Source of the DNA: Dicyema japonicum
Lineage: Eukaryota; Animalia; Dicyemida
NCBI GenBank assembly: GCA_011109175.1
Contig: RDEW01000012.1
Span: forward strand, 1,215,220-1,279,219
DNA: 64,000 bases
Direction of reading: 5' to 3'
Shown: positions 24,881-36,802 of the stretch, one piece after another
Numbering within the stretch: position 1 is the stretch's first letter
How the letters are laid out: each line of letters begins with the position of its first letter
Program-made: the position numbers and the translations under genes
Notes under the pieces: generated by a model
The model's input: the letters and a program-made list of their open reading frames with translations, nothing else
Told to the model about the DNA's origin: nothing
The model's database searches: none

Positions 24881-25534
24881 TTTAAGTTAAGAAAATTTCA
24901 CGGAGACATGAGATCAGTAAATGAAAAATCTATTGCTGATCTTAACGACACAATCAATTTCTAGGAACTATGATGATAATTATGAAGAAGTAATTAAAAA
25001 ATTTGAAATTAATGATCCACTGTCTTTTGGAAAATTTCTTGATTTTGTTCTCTTTCCACTAATTCTAGCTGAACTTGTCTGAGATTGCAAGGTCTCTCGG
25101 TTTCTGCGACCGTGGGATTTAAAATATTTTATTAGTCGTTAACTATAAACTTTTTTCTCGGAGTGCACCCAAAAACCTCTGGGATTCTTGAATCTATCTC
25201 CATATCCTTCCTACGCCCCATCGAAGTGTTGATAGCAAAAAGGAGAGTCGAGAAAAAGACGGCTGATTGAGAGTTCCCATGCAAATCGTAAGAGGAAATG
25301 CGTTGAGAACTGCTACCGGGAAATTATAGTTTTTATTTTATTTTTTTAATTTATTAATTTTAATTTTTTTTTAATTTATTAATAGTTTTTATTAATTACA
25401 TTAATAAATTTGATTATTTATTTTTACTAAATATAGTAGCTTAATTATAGATTTATTATATTTTTTATTATTTCTTTCTCTTGACCAGTGATCCTGGAGG
25501 TAATAATAATAATAATATTTTTTACAATAAATTT

Positions 25535-25723
25535 ACTTCCTACCTAAGTGTCATTGGAACCACATGCCTCATGAGACGCCAAATGCCTGGCGGACATCCA
25601 AAAATGATCCATCTCTTCCCTATCTAGTGAAGGGATTACCACTATGCTGGGAAAGGATACGTCCACTAAAATGGATTAACCTATCTCAGGTATCTCCCGG
25701 GTCACCACAAAAACTTCCTACCT
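25535..25723. mobile_element. 167-bp insertion flanked by an 11-bp direct repeat (candidate target-site duplication)
   Basis: ACTTCCTACCT occurs at 25535-25545 and 25713-25723. The interior weakly resembles an RTE C-terminus. Confidence 0.4.
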
Positions 25724-25818
25724 ATTTTTGATTCACCGTCTGTTAGTCGGACAAAAATTAGTTTTTTTGCTATGAAAAAATATATTTTCTGCTAATTCAC
25801 TTCGCCAACGAATAATCA

Positions 25819-27123
25819 ATGTCAACTCGTTTATTTTCTACGTAAAAGGTAGAATCAGCGCGTTTACTAGAAATGAAGGAAAGAACGGAATATTCCGATG
25901 AATCGTCAGATTCAACGAGTGATGGAAATAATCTAATTTTAGTCCTCGAAGTCATCGTCAAAAGAGGAAAGAAACGGAAAAAAGTTAACAATCATCAGAG
26001 TACTCGATTCTATCATTTAAGGTAAAGAGGTAGTCTCACAGGAGATAATACAATCTGTAAAAGGCAATGATGACGAAGAAATCGAAAATTTGGCGGATGT
26101 AGAAGGGGGAGAAGTACAAAATATAGAAGCTGAAGAGATGGAAGAACAAAATATGGACGATTTTGAAGAGAGAAGAGCACAAAATATGGAAGACAACGAG
26201 GAAACAGAAATGCAAAATATGGAAGACATTGATGAGAGGGAAGAACAAAATACAGAAAATGTTGAAGATAAAGAACCACCTAACGTAGAAGATATTGAGG
26301 GAGGAGAATCACAAAATATGGGGGATATTAATGAAAGTCTAGTAATCGACTCGACTATGGCCGATGATATTGTACAAGAAACACCCCCCAAAGACAATGG
26401 AATGGAGTCTATAAAAGTCGAACCAGACGACTCCGACAGTGATAGAGCACAAGTTCCCCATATTGGTTATTCCTCCGCTGAAGACACGTCATCGAATTCG
26501 AGTTGTGATGAGTTCTCGGAAGGTCAAAACGGTAGCATGCATATAAATAATACAGAATCCCGCACACGTGTTGATTGGAAACTTGCCCGAGAATTCGACT
26601 GCAGAACAGATCAGGGAGTTCTTCAAAGCTAATAAAATCCTATTGAGCTACGTCAAACTGAAAAAAGAGTAAGAATATCTCCCATAACGTACAGATTCGC
26701 GGAGGCAGTGGTCCCTCCAGGAAGTCTAATAGAGTGCTACAAACTGATTGGAAAACTATTCAATAAGAAGAGGATATCCATAGTGGCCATTAACAGAGAG
26801 GACGAACCAGAGATTCCAGAACATGTCTCAATCATCGTAAAGTACTTGTCGTCAACAACGACAGAGGATACCCTCAAAGAGGCCTATCCCACAGCCACAT
26901 CAGCAATACTAATACTCGACAATGGCCAGTCAAAAGGGTAAGTCCACATCACAACAGCTTAGATACGGATTCGTCAATTTCAAAACACGAAGGGAGGCCT
27001 ACGAAGCCATCAAATCAGTGCAACAGGTCGAAGGGCGAACTATCCACAGTTCCCTAGCAAGTAGTATTAATATTACCACCAGAATCATCAAAACCAACAA
27101 ATGACAATTTTATTAAAAATTAA
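25819..27123 (+). CDS. Acidic N-terminal repeat plus two-RRM RNA-binding protein (nucleolin-like architecture)
   Basis: Micro-introns at 25829-25852 and onward. Acidic 11-aa repeats (xQNMED...). RRM1 (RT)[20 protein letters not shown] needs one indel near 26565. RRM2 is [20 protein letters not shown]...GQSKG|YGFVNF. The stop is either 27104 or 27123, depending on a last 22-nt intron. Confidence 0.7.
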
Positions 27124-27870
27124 TTGTGATTGTATACTCTCTCAGATAGTCTTCATATTCCCCATTAATAATAGTGTCATCGGACACGCCAAAGACATTC
27201 CACTCTTTGCTTTGCTGCTGTAGTTCCTCCTCGTATGTGTCATATACACGTAGAATGGATTTCTTAGACCTCTTAGTAACAACCTCCAAATCCACTGACC
27301 GATCGATTGGGAACAAACAGCACAGTCCAATCGCCACTGACGGTTCTACTTCTTGTCCGTCACGTGCGTATTTGACTGGCCTATTTTCATTCCAAGGATT
27401 CCGCAAATGATGGTTTCTTGGAATGAGAGTTCATGTCGGCAAATCCAGTCGATTTCAAATACTCCATTAAGCGACCGGGCTGATATGTTCGACGGAAGAA
27501 CCCAGTCCACCGGGGGAACATCGAACCGTGCCATAGAAGCCAATCTAGCAAATCCGGCAAACTTTCCACTCTCTGATACTGAAAATATCAGTATTACATT
27601 CGCACATTCCTAAGCATAAAAACACTAGTTACAGCATAGGCGTTGTTCAGTCGAACTTGGTTTGCTGGCATTGTCGACACCATACTTTTTGGATATTTCC
27701 ACATTCTCGTTGTTACAGCTCTTTATTATAAAAAATCTGGCCCCTGTGAACACAAACTTGGCATATTCCAGGTAATCTATTTATATTTACGAATTACTTT
27801 GGGCTTTATCGTCCATTGAGTAGTCTACAATCTCATAATCTAATTTATCACGACAATCCCAACCTGACAT
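27113..27870 (-). CDS. YTHDC1: YTH domain-containing protein 1 (nuclear m6A reader), minimal form
   Basis: Spliced translation gives [76 protein letters not shown] and the YTHDC1-type tail [11 protein letters not shown]. Introns at 27777-27797 (21 nt) and 27610-27632 (23 nt). Frameshifts near 27680 and 27410. Confidence 0.88.
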
Positions 27871-28179
27871 TACTATTCAAATATTATCATTAAAATATTA
27901 ATATATCGTTGATTTTTAAATTTAATATCTTATCAATATATTTATTACTATATTGTCGCGTGGTGCCATGTTCTTCTCCTTACTCAGGAGAACCTTGAAA
28001 TACTGGAAATTTGAAGAATTTTATTTTAATCACTCAGACTCGTCATGTCAGGAGATGCAGACGCAGTCGGAACACTGAGAAAAGATGCGGAGACTGTTGA
28101 GGGACGCTGGATCACCTGAAATTTTGTTTATTTGATATGACGGTGTTTTGGTTCAATAATTAAATTTTAAAAATACCGA

Positions 28180-28860
28180 ATACAGTAAAACCTCTCCATC
28201 CTCTCCTAGTTTCTCCCACCCTTTCTCGATGCCAAGCTCCGCAGACTGCTGAGGTCCTAACCGTCTCCTATTGTTCTGTATACTGGTCTCAAGTCTCCAT
28301 TAAGTACTTCGGAAGCGCTATATGAGGAGGCCTCAGAACTTTTTACCAGATATTCGAAAAATTATGTTTGCTGACGTATCGCTCCATTCTTAGAATGTGA
28401 CCAAACAGTTTAAAACGCATCTTCATTATCAGGGTACTCAGAGGTTCAGAGGAGCATCTTTCGTACAATGCTCTTTACACGAATTAGCCACTTTAATTCC
28501 AAAAGAGACCGAAGTAAATTTCTATGAAAGGAGTCGAGCCTTTGTCAGTCGATTTTCGAGATTTCCTCATACAATCTAAGTCCTGATCCAGGAAATTTTC
28601 TAGCACTTCAATGAGTTCTCCTCGAGGGAGTGTCGAAAGCTCTGGTGAGATCAATTCCAAGAATAGTCCTTGAACTTTGGAATCTGTTCCGATTAGCAAA
28701 TGACACCATACTACATCAGCTGTCGATCTCCCAGTCCTGAACCCACTTTGGCTTTGAGCCAATTAGCCGTCCACTGTTTCTTGGATCCGATTAAGTACGA
28801 TCAGGAAAAGGATATTCCGCAGCGTAGTTAGAAAGATGACAGGACGCAAGTTTTCAACAG
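28180..28860 (-). mobile_element. RTE-clade LINE fragments
   Basis: QSGFRTGRSTADVVW...GELIEVL (RT) and an LRSLA..KGW-like C-terminal end. Confidence 0.65.
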
Positions 28861-29579
28861 CTCCAATTTATAGCTTATAATGAAAAATTTAATTTAGTGT
28901 AGTATAAAATAAAAATTATTATTAAAAATTAGGGAAGCCGAAAAAAGGTTGAGAAACGCTGAATTAAATAATAATAATTTTTTAGTTAAATTTTATTAAG
29001 GAAAAAATATAGTAACGGTCATATAGAGGCTGCCCTGACTGCGTGGCTATTCCCTCTCAGGATAGTGAGCGAGATTCGCTCAAATAACAAGCAGCACTCA
29101 CGAGGGTCTCCTTAATCATAATCATAAATTCCACCCACAAAAATTGAAATTACATCGCCCAGAGTAAGAAACACTGACTTAATTGGAAAATGTGTTATAA
29201 ACAGAGATTCCTAGCGAATTGAAATTGAAATTATTCCAAAGATCAAGAGTAAAAACAAATTAGCTAATCCCCTGATCCTGACGCATTCCGATGGAGACTT
29301 CATCCATATGAAGAAATGGATATTTTGAATGCAGGATCCAGTGACACCACTTACTCTCCTGAGTAAGGTGGATCCGATGACGTCACTAGAATGAAGGCTT
29401 CAATAAAATGGAAGTATGGCACCACAAGCACCACGCTGACAAGTTCATGACAACTACAGGCCAATTGTCCCCGAATTGACCATAAAAATAGATATCTCGC
29501 CTACTGGGAAAAATATGAATTTTAAATCCGAAATATCATAAAAATTCTTTTAACCACGCGAACGCGGCTTAGGGAAAAC

Positions 29580-30600
29580 TCGCTTACAGAAAATTATGAG
29601 GTATGATTTGCTTGCGACGATATGGGCAGATGCTTGGTTGCAAGGTCCTCGGTATTCAAATATTAATGACGTGGGAAGGCAACAAAATATCACAAGGGGT
29701 TTCTAAGACAGTTAAAAGTAAAAACTCCAGGCATACAATCCACTGTTTTAAAGCGAACCCTAGAGGGCCTTACACTGGTGTATAAAAGTCAAAACCCGGA
29801 AATGCCATATGGACAGAGGGCTCAATCAGAAAATACGCTCTCAGAGCTGTTCCAGCCACCAGAAATTAATTATTTATTATTTTGCTAATAGTTATTAGAA
29901 AAAAGAGAGATTCGCTCAAATAACCAGCAGATTGTAAAATAGTTTAGTTGTTTAACTTTGTTAATCAGGTTAAAAATCTAGAACAGTCAAATATGGCCGC
30001 TAATCAATCATAAGGTTTCAATAAGAGTTTGCCATTGTGAAATCACGAAGACGATACATTCAACCTATATTAAAAATTCTCACTCAGCAATTATTTCCAT
30101 GTCAATATTGACGAATCAAAATGTCGAAATTAGAATTGACACGTCGATTTTGACAGAAACAAAAGTCCAATACAATAAACCTGATATTTTTGTGTATGAC
30201 AAAACAAAGAAAGAAATAACTTTAATTGAAGTGGGGATTACCTCACAAGACCGACTAAATCAAGTTGAAGTTGAGAAACTTCACAAATATGACTTGCTAG
30301 CAAATGAACTTTCGCTGCTCTATGAATGTCAAGCGAAGAATATTCCAGTGGTTTTGACATGGGATGGAGTTGTCTCAAGATGCTTCAAGAATCATATGGA
30401 TAAATTATCTATTGAAGAATCAACGAGGACTTGCATCCAATCGGTTGTGCTGAAGAGAACGCTCGAAAGTATGCTCATTGAACATAAGCATGGGATGAAG
30501 GTATACGATGAAGAGTACGCCTCTGCTACCTCCCAACTTGTGGAACTGACATGCCGTGAAGACAGCCCACTGGACTCTAACTGAGATATTTTGACTGAAT
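29580..30600 (+). mobile_element. RLE-type (restriction-like endonuclease) non-LTR retrotransposon 3' fragments, two copies
   Basis: ORF 30099-30584 contains VEIRIDT...NKPDIFVYDK...ITLIEVGITS...EKLHKYDLLANEL...VLTWDGVV...IQSVVLKRTLES. A related QSTVLKRTLEG lies at 29740, and a third copy at 38920-39110. Confidence 0.8.
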
Positions 30601-31099
30601 CTGATGTGAGGTTATGGCACATTCTTCTTCTAAGAGAAGAAGAGGGATTACCAACAATCTGGATCAAAATACGCTTAATTAGTTAATTTACTCGTTATTA
30701 TTATTTTATTTTGGTTTAATAATTTAATTAGAAATAAAAAAAATTAATTTATCAACAACCATTTTTGGCTGAGGTGGTGACGTACCTCAATTGCACGAAT
30801 ATCTAAAACAAACCCTAGAGAAATCGTACTTATCAAAAACCAAGACCTATAAACAGTTTGTAATTCAAAGTACTTGGATACAATTATTACCAATACCCGA
30901 TGGGGATTATCTGTGCACATATTAAGGATGAATCATGCCGTTCCGGCTTAGGATTTTATGGCTCATACTTCCTCTGCTCAGGGACTTTTACAAGGAAGTC
31001 ACGACCAACTTTGCCATCAATAATAAACATCGATCTAAAACTTGTTAAAATGGCATAGAAGACAAAGATGATCTAGACAGCTTTCTAAACATCGCAATC

Positions 31100-31510
31100 T
31101 AGAGAAAATTGCGGAGGGGACTAACAGACGGGATAATCCGAATGGCACAAGCGACGGGAAGCATATAACTTTCCTATTGCGAATGTGAATACCTTACACA
31201 AGAAATTGAAATTATTGGAGATCATTTTCGACATACACATGTATTTTTCCTCTCATGTCGAAGGCATCTCTGGAGGCTGCTCAAGAAAGCTAGAGATGAT
31301 AAATATATTTTTGGTAGCAGCAAGATCACTAACCCAGCTTTGAAATTACTCTACAAACAATTAATTGAACTATCTGTCAGCTACGCCTGTGCGTCCTGGA
31401 AAATCAATCTGTCCTGGACGAACAAACAGAAAATCACCGACATTCAGTTCCTGACACCACTACTATTAGGAATCTTGGTAGACTAGAAAAAGTGCCCCCT
31501 TCATCAAGAA
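31100..31510 (+). mobile_element. I/Jockey-group LINE RT C-terminal fragment
   Basis: ILEIIFDIH..., LKLLYKQLIELSVSYACASW and PLHQEAL, across frames. Confidence 0.55.
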
Positions 31511-32754
31511 GCCCTTATCCGACAAAATGGTAAATGGAAATACGATGAAGATGTCTTAAAAACTGGCAGTATGGTAATACTAAGGTATCTTATAATTATT
31601 AAAAATTATTTAGACAGGATAATGATGCCAATACAAGACAATTCCCGATATATGATGGAGATGCACTATAGTCGATAAGAAGTTCGGAATCTGTATATTG
31701 GAAAGTGAGTCGGGTGAACGTTTAGAAGATACATCATTCGCGACCTAGCTTCTATAGTTTCAACACTGTTTCGCCTCTCAGGTACAACAGTCTCTGTATT
31801 TAATGCATAATGAAAATTCTTTATTTAATGGCGGGCGGTCAACGGTTATGGAAAACCTTTTTGAACTATTCTTATCAATTTGAGTGATTATTGCATCCTA
31901 CCAACAATTTACGCGTTGTTTCTGTTTGTACTAAGTTTTGTTTTACTATCACTACCAAGAGAATTATTGCGAGAACACCTTGTTTCAAAAATTTAGAAAC
32001 TTTAATAAAACAGTGATTCGTGGAAATGCTAAAGGTGACTATTAAATGTAGGGGACTTTAATAATTTTTTTCACACTTCATATAGGATTTACTAAGAGTA
32101 TTAGTGAAAAGTATAGGAACGTGCGTACATACGACGATAATTTCAAAATAAAAGAATTTTCAACAAATTTTATTGTTTTAAAAACCAATTTACTTTTTAC
32201 TACATACATTTAGCGCATTTTTTTAATTTTAATTTTAGATTTAAATTTTATATCAATTTGTTTGTTTCTTTTGTTCCCCTTTTAACTCCAAGGCACTTGA
32301 ATTGTTATTGTGCATCATGTGGCTCACCATCCTTGGTGGCCCCAGATATAATACTAAATTATATCCAAAAAGGACCATTAGTCAAAAACTAGCAGAGGAG
32401 TTCCCCCTGGACGGCACTTACTTCAAGCCCAAGTTTGCGTAGTCTGCTGAGGGAGGCCAGGGGAACGTGAATTTTTGTTATTCTGGATGTGAAGGTGTTT
32501 TTCTGGTTTAATTTATTGTTTTTTTCGTAGGTGATTGTCCCTAGCTACCGTCACCACCAAGAGAATTGATGTGAGACCACCTTGTTTCAAAAATGTAGAA
32601 TCAATTCCTGAAACAGTGGTTAGAAATATTCATCATTCGAGCAATAGTTGATTTGTCACAACCACCTATGGATTCGATTATTAAACTTTTTCAACTTTTC
32701 AGAAATGCTACTTCTCTGTTTTTTCTGATTTTTTTTCATTTTGATCATAATTTA

Positions 32755-34100
32755 TTAAATTATTCCAAAGACCAAGGGTAAAACCAAACTAATTCTTTGA
32801 TCCTGACGCGTTCTAGCAGAACCCTTACCCAAGCACATTGATCCAGAGGTTGTTTGTCGGGAATCTGAGATTGAATCCATAACTTGTCGCCAGGGGGCAA
32901 AATTATTTCCCGGTTGAATGAACAGGTGGATTCTTTTGAACGCTGGGCTGGCATTGGGCGTTTCCTGAGTAAGGTGGATCGATGACGCAACGAAGGAGAT
33001 AAAAGAAGTCTTCAATCAAGTTGGCACATGGCAACATGCTGCTACAGTAATTTACTTACCATAAAATTGTTTTTCAAGATATTCTTTTTAATTTTAAGTT
33101 TTTAAATGCTTTTAATTCAAAAAATATATTTACCCTTATCCAACGTTAATGATTGGAAAAGTGACCCTATAATAGTGTCATCAGACACACCAATGACATT
33201 CATTCTTTACTGTGCTGCTTTACTTTATTTAACAAAGCGTTTCAAAGGGTTAGTAAAGGGAGATGAGTTATTTACCATAAGTCCTAGTTGGTTTGGCCCA
33301 ACTGAGCGCCGAACCATGAGGGACTCCTCTATCCGGTTCTGATATAAATCCACATATTAATGGATAAGTTCCGTCCCGAAAAGAAGTGCTTCACCCATTA
33401 TTTCCAACGGGGATTTTGTCTCATATAGACGGCATAGTAGTGCTTAGTGCCACACATTATCGAATCCTTTTAATATATCCGGTGACTTTTGAAATCTTTC
33501 ACTCGGGTTATTTCAGAGTTTAGAAGAATGAGACAGTCACCAACGGAATTGCCAACCGGAAGTCGCCATCTTATTTATACGGATGACGTAATTGTGATGG
33601 ACGCTGATGACGGCATCAGTCGTCAAGCCAAAACATCATAGATGCGTGGAACCTTCAGCCGGAATGTACAGCAACGAGATCTGAACTAGGGCGATAAGGC
33701 CTTTTGTCCGGCACTCGTTACACTGCACCAAAGGCTGTCTCCAAATTTAATACTGGCATCAAAAATAACTCTTCAAAAAAGTTATTGGGTATTTTTTAAA
33801 TAGCTTTATTTTTATTTAGTCAAAGCCATGAGAGTTATTGCGGCATTCCTTTATCGCCAAGTCAACCTCCGATCTCTGCGTGGTGTAGGTACTCAGTATT
33901 ACAGTTGGGTACTGCCCAATCATCAGTCTTATCCGGGTTTTGTGTATCAACTCCTAGCATTCGTTGTAGCTGGTCCCTAAAAATCAAAACAACTTTTTCT
34001 TGGGTTGACTCCTTGCCATCGAGATTTTGGAGTACAATCAGGACCGTTTCAGCCCTTGCGGTATATCCTCCAGTAATTTCCCCTTTTTAGATCAACATAT
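32755..34100. mobile_element. Cluster of LINE fragments (3' end -, RT -, RT +, RT C-terminus -)
   Basis: WVRVLLERVRIK plus the 3' motif (32755-33020, -). KGFDNVWH..GVPHGS (33280-33480, -). HLIYTDDVIV (33560-33600, +). A further RT remnant at 33830-34100 (-). Confidence 0.55.
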
Positions 34101-34399
34101 GATTGAAATTCAACATGGATACTTTAATTATTATTATTATTAACCCCAGGCTTACCATTGTAAGCCCAGCAAAAATAGTCATAACTAACTAATCCAAGGA
34201 AGGAACCAAAGGGAGAACATCTGCATTGTGCCGACCAAATCCATCTTCCAATACTTCATTACATGCTTCCGCTTCCGAAGAGAGGTGGAGAAGTAGGTCC
34301 GCCCTTTTTCATTTTTGTCCCACGTCCTACCGTCGCGGACATCACTTCATTCTTTAGCGGAATAGTTTTCATAATGCAATCTTCATTAGAGGGTTTGGT

Positions 34400-34600
34400 C
34401 AGGGAGAAAGGTAGGAAGATCCCTTTTTAACAACTGTGTCGTGTCAGAAGGACTCGTCGCCTCACGGGTGGGATCTGTTGACAAGAATTGACCTTCGCTG
34501 AAAACTCCATCTTTCGGATTTGAACCCACGACCTTCAGATCTGATGTCATCAGACGTTACATAACCAGAAGGCTTTCTAGTCTTGCCATAGTCTTGCCAT
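34400..34600 (-). mobile_element. tRNA-derived SINE head or tRNA pseudogene
   Basis: Minus strand reads CGTCTGATGACATCAGATCTGAAGGTCGTGGGTTCAAATCC: an anticodon-like stem TCTGA/TCAGA followed by a canonical B-box GGTTCAAATCC. No clean acceptor stem. Confidence 0.5.
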
Positions 34601-36114
34601 ACTTCTAATGGATAATTTAAAGACTTAATTTATTTTATTTAATCAATAAAGTAATATGACATTTTTAACCGCAAACTTAACAATAAAAATGTTGAATTTT
34701 CACCACAAATATTTGATAAATACGCCCTTTAAACTGGAGAATTTGATTTACTACATTTTTATGGTAACGATAACTAAGCTTTATTGGCTGAAATATATTA
34801 TAATTTATAAAAATCAGTTTAGTAATGCCTATAAAGACAGTTCAATATGTTTAATCTCGTTTCATTGGAAACAATGGGGATTTTCGATCTAATTTGCTAG
34901 CGCCGGATCGTTGAGGCAAAAAAGAAAAGGAACAACAGAGAAGAGGAATGCCTAATTGAGCGGATTTCTATACAAATCGTAGTAGATAATATCACGAGAG
35001 TTGCTGCTTGTTTTAGTAAAAAATTGTAATAAAAAATAAATTGATCTCAACGATGAGTCAAGCTCGTAAACATTCATAGCGGAAAATTGTCAAATTTAAC
35101 TAAATTTGTAAGTGGAAAATGTGTCAATTCAGAATAGAATAACCACAATGATATTTTTTTATTTACAAGTCAAATATTTAATAATTTTTAATTGACACTT
35201 AAAAAATTGAAGGCCACTTCAGAAACCATGACTTTCGTAAAACCCGTGGTTCCTCCTGTCGATCTTTACTGCTATCATGAGAAGCAGCACCGAGTAAATT
35301 ATGTAAGAAGGAAATAGTCAGAACTTTGTGAGTGTTCAATAGCGTAGTTGATTTAAGAATCAAAATTACTAAAAGATGCAAATCCAATAATGTTATCATC
35401 AATTCATATGTTATGTTTTAATGTACTTTTAAAACTTGTAAAATCACGCATTTTTAATGACAGTTGATTGACTCTTAATCTCATCACTTATGTTTGATTA
35501 CTGGTACGGTCCAAACAATTTACTACAAAGAGTCTGCAAGCGTGGTTGAGTCTGGCTCGAAAAGGAGACAAATTATTGAGACAAACTCTACCTATTTATT
35601 TTGTAGAGAACAGTGGTCTTATGGTTTTCGATTGAGATTTCATATCTGCATCAACAAACTCGTGGAAGTGGCATGCGTCAATTATGTGGATGCACCGTTC
35701 AACGATGGAAGAGAAGAGGTTGCTGACTCCAGTATGGAGAAAGAGGATGAAGATCTGTTGGCGGTAAATTCCTCAAAGAATAGGAGAGCGATTGCCAATG
35801 TTATTTTTGATAAAAATATTTATTTTTGTTAAAATTAAAGATAAATATTATATTTCTTTGATTACTTAAATTTGATATTATTTTTAAATTTTGAGCGAAA
35901 TTAAATTTCCAAACGCTTCCTGATTCGTATTACTTGAAATTTACTAGTAAATTATTTTTTCCGATGTCTGTGGTGGAATATGTTATAAAAGTACTGAGTT
36001 TCCAAGCAAATCATAATATCTAAACCACAACATATTTAAAGTGCTTTGATAATGAAATTTTTGCTATTTATATTATTTTTGCGTTGATTTTTCATTAATT
36101 GGAGTATTAGAAGA

Positions 36115-36802
36115 ATGGAGTCCAAAAAACGACTAATTCCCGAGGTCATATCTAATCAAGCAAAACTTGCGCGTAACAAAAATTCAGAAGAATTTGGCAG
36201 CGAAAATCCCGGAAAACCTAATGAAGAGGAACTTTCGAAGAATAAAAAAACTTACTTATGCTCTTTGTGCACTTACAGGACGGCTCATTACAGCAATATG
36301 TTTGTCCACGTAAGAGTTCATACAAGTTTTGGCTGATTTTCAGTTTTAGAGGAAAAACCCTACTTTTGTGGCACGTGTGGACACAGAGCAAGCCAAGGAA
36401 GTACTCTGAAAATGCATATAAAGACAAGACATGCTGGAGATATGAACGATCATTATAATGTCGAAAATGAAAGAAAAGTAAAACTCAAAGTCATAAAAAA
36501 TAAAAATAATATTCTGGTTTGCTATTTTTAATAAAACAGACAATCGCCCCGGTTTACATTGAAGATCAACTTCGAATCCCCCAGTATTGAAGACACCGCC
36601 TAATGAGACTGCTCCAAACAACGGAACTTGCAATAGACAATTTTCTGTACGTGAACTTACAAAATCAGACTTTCCTAAAACTCAACAAACGATTAATCCA
36701 TTTATTCAATACCAAAATTATATCAACTTGATGTTATACCCCAACAATCGAATCCAAAAATTTTTGAGTCTGTTACTCCAACTGTTAACAATTTTTGTAT
36801 AA
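36115..36802 (+). CDS. C2H2 zinc-finger protein (two fingers)
   Basis: YLCSLCTYRTAHYSNMFVHVRVHT, then a 24-nt intron (36326-36349), then KEKPYFCGTCGHRASQGSTLKMHIKTRH. The canonical HT-EKPY linker is restored by splicing. The 3' end is uncertain. Confidence 0.8.

Noticed and set aside
29025-29110. HDV-like or twister ribozyme (hairpin TGAGCGA-GAT-TCGCTCA, repeated at 29905 and 37290)
   Set aside because: No complete P1/P3/L3 or catalytic core fits. The copy at 37290 translates in frame into the LINE ORF2 C-terminus (RFAQIT...WVKVLLERVRI).
31600-31900. Dopamine beta-monooxygenase-like fragment (YMMEMHY)
   Set aside because: Only a short motif in a stop-riddled frame, with no copper-binding His motifs.
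35494-35832. 112-aa ORF as a host gene
   Set aside because: No recognisable domain. Another frame reads like an RTE C-terminus (MEEKRLLTPVW), so it is probably retroelement debris.
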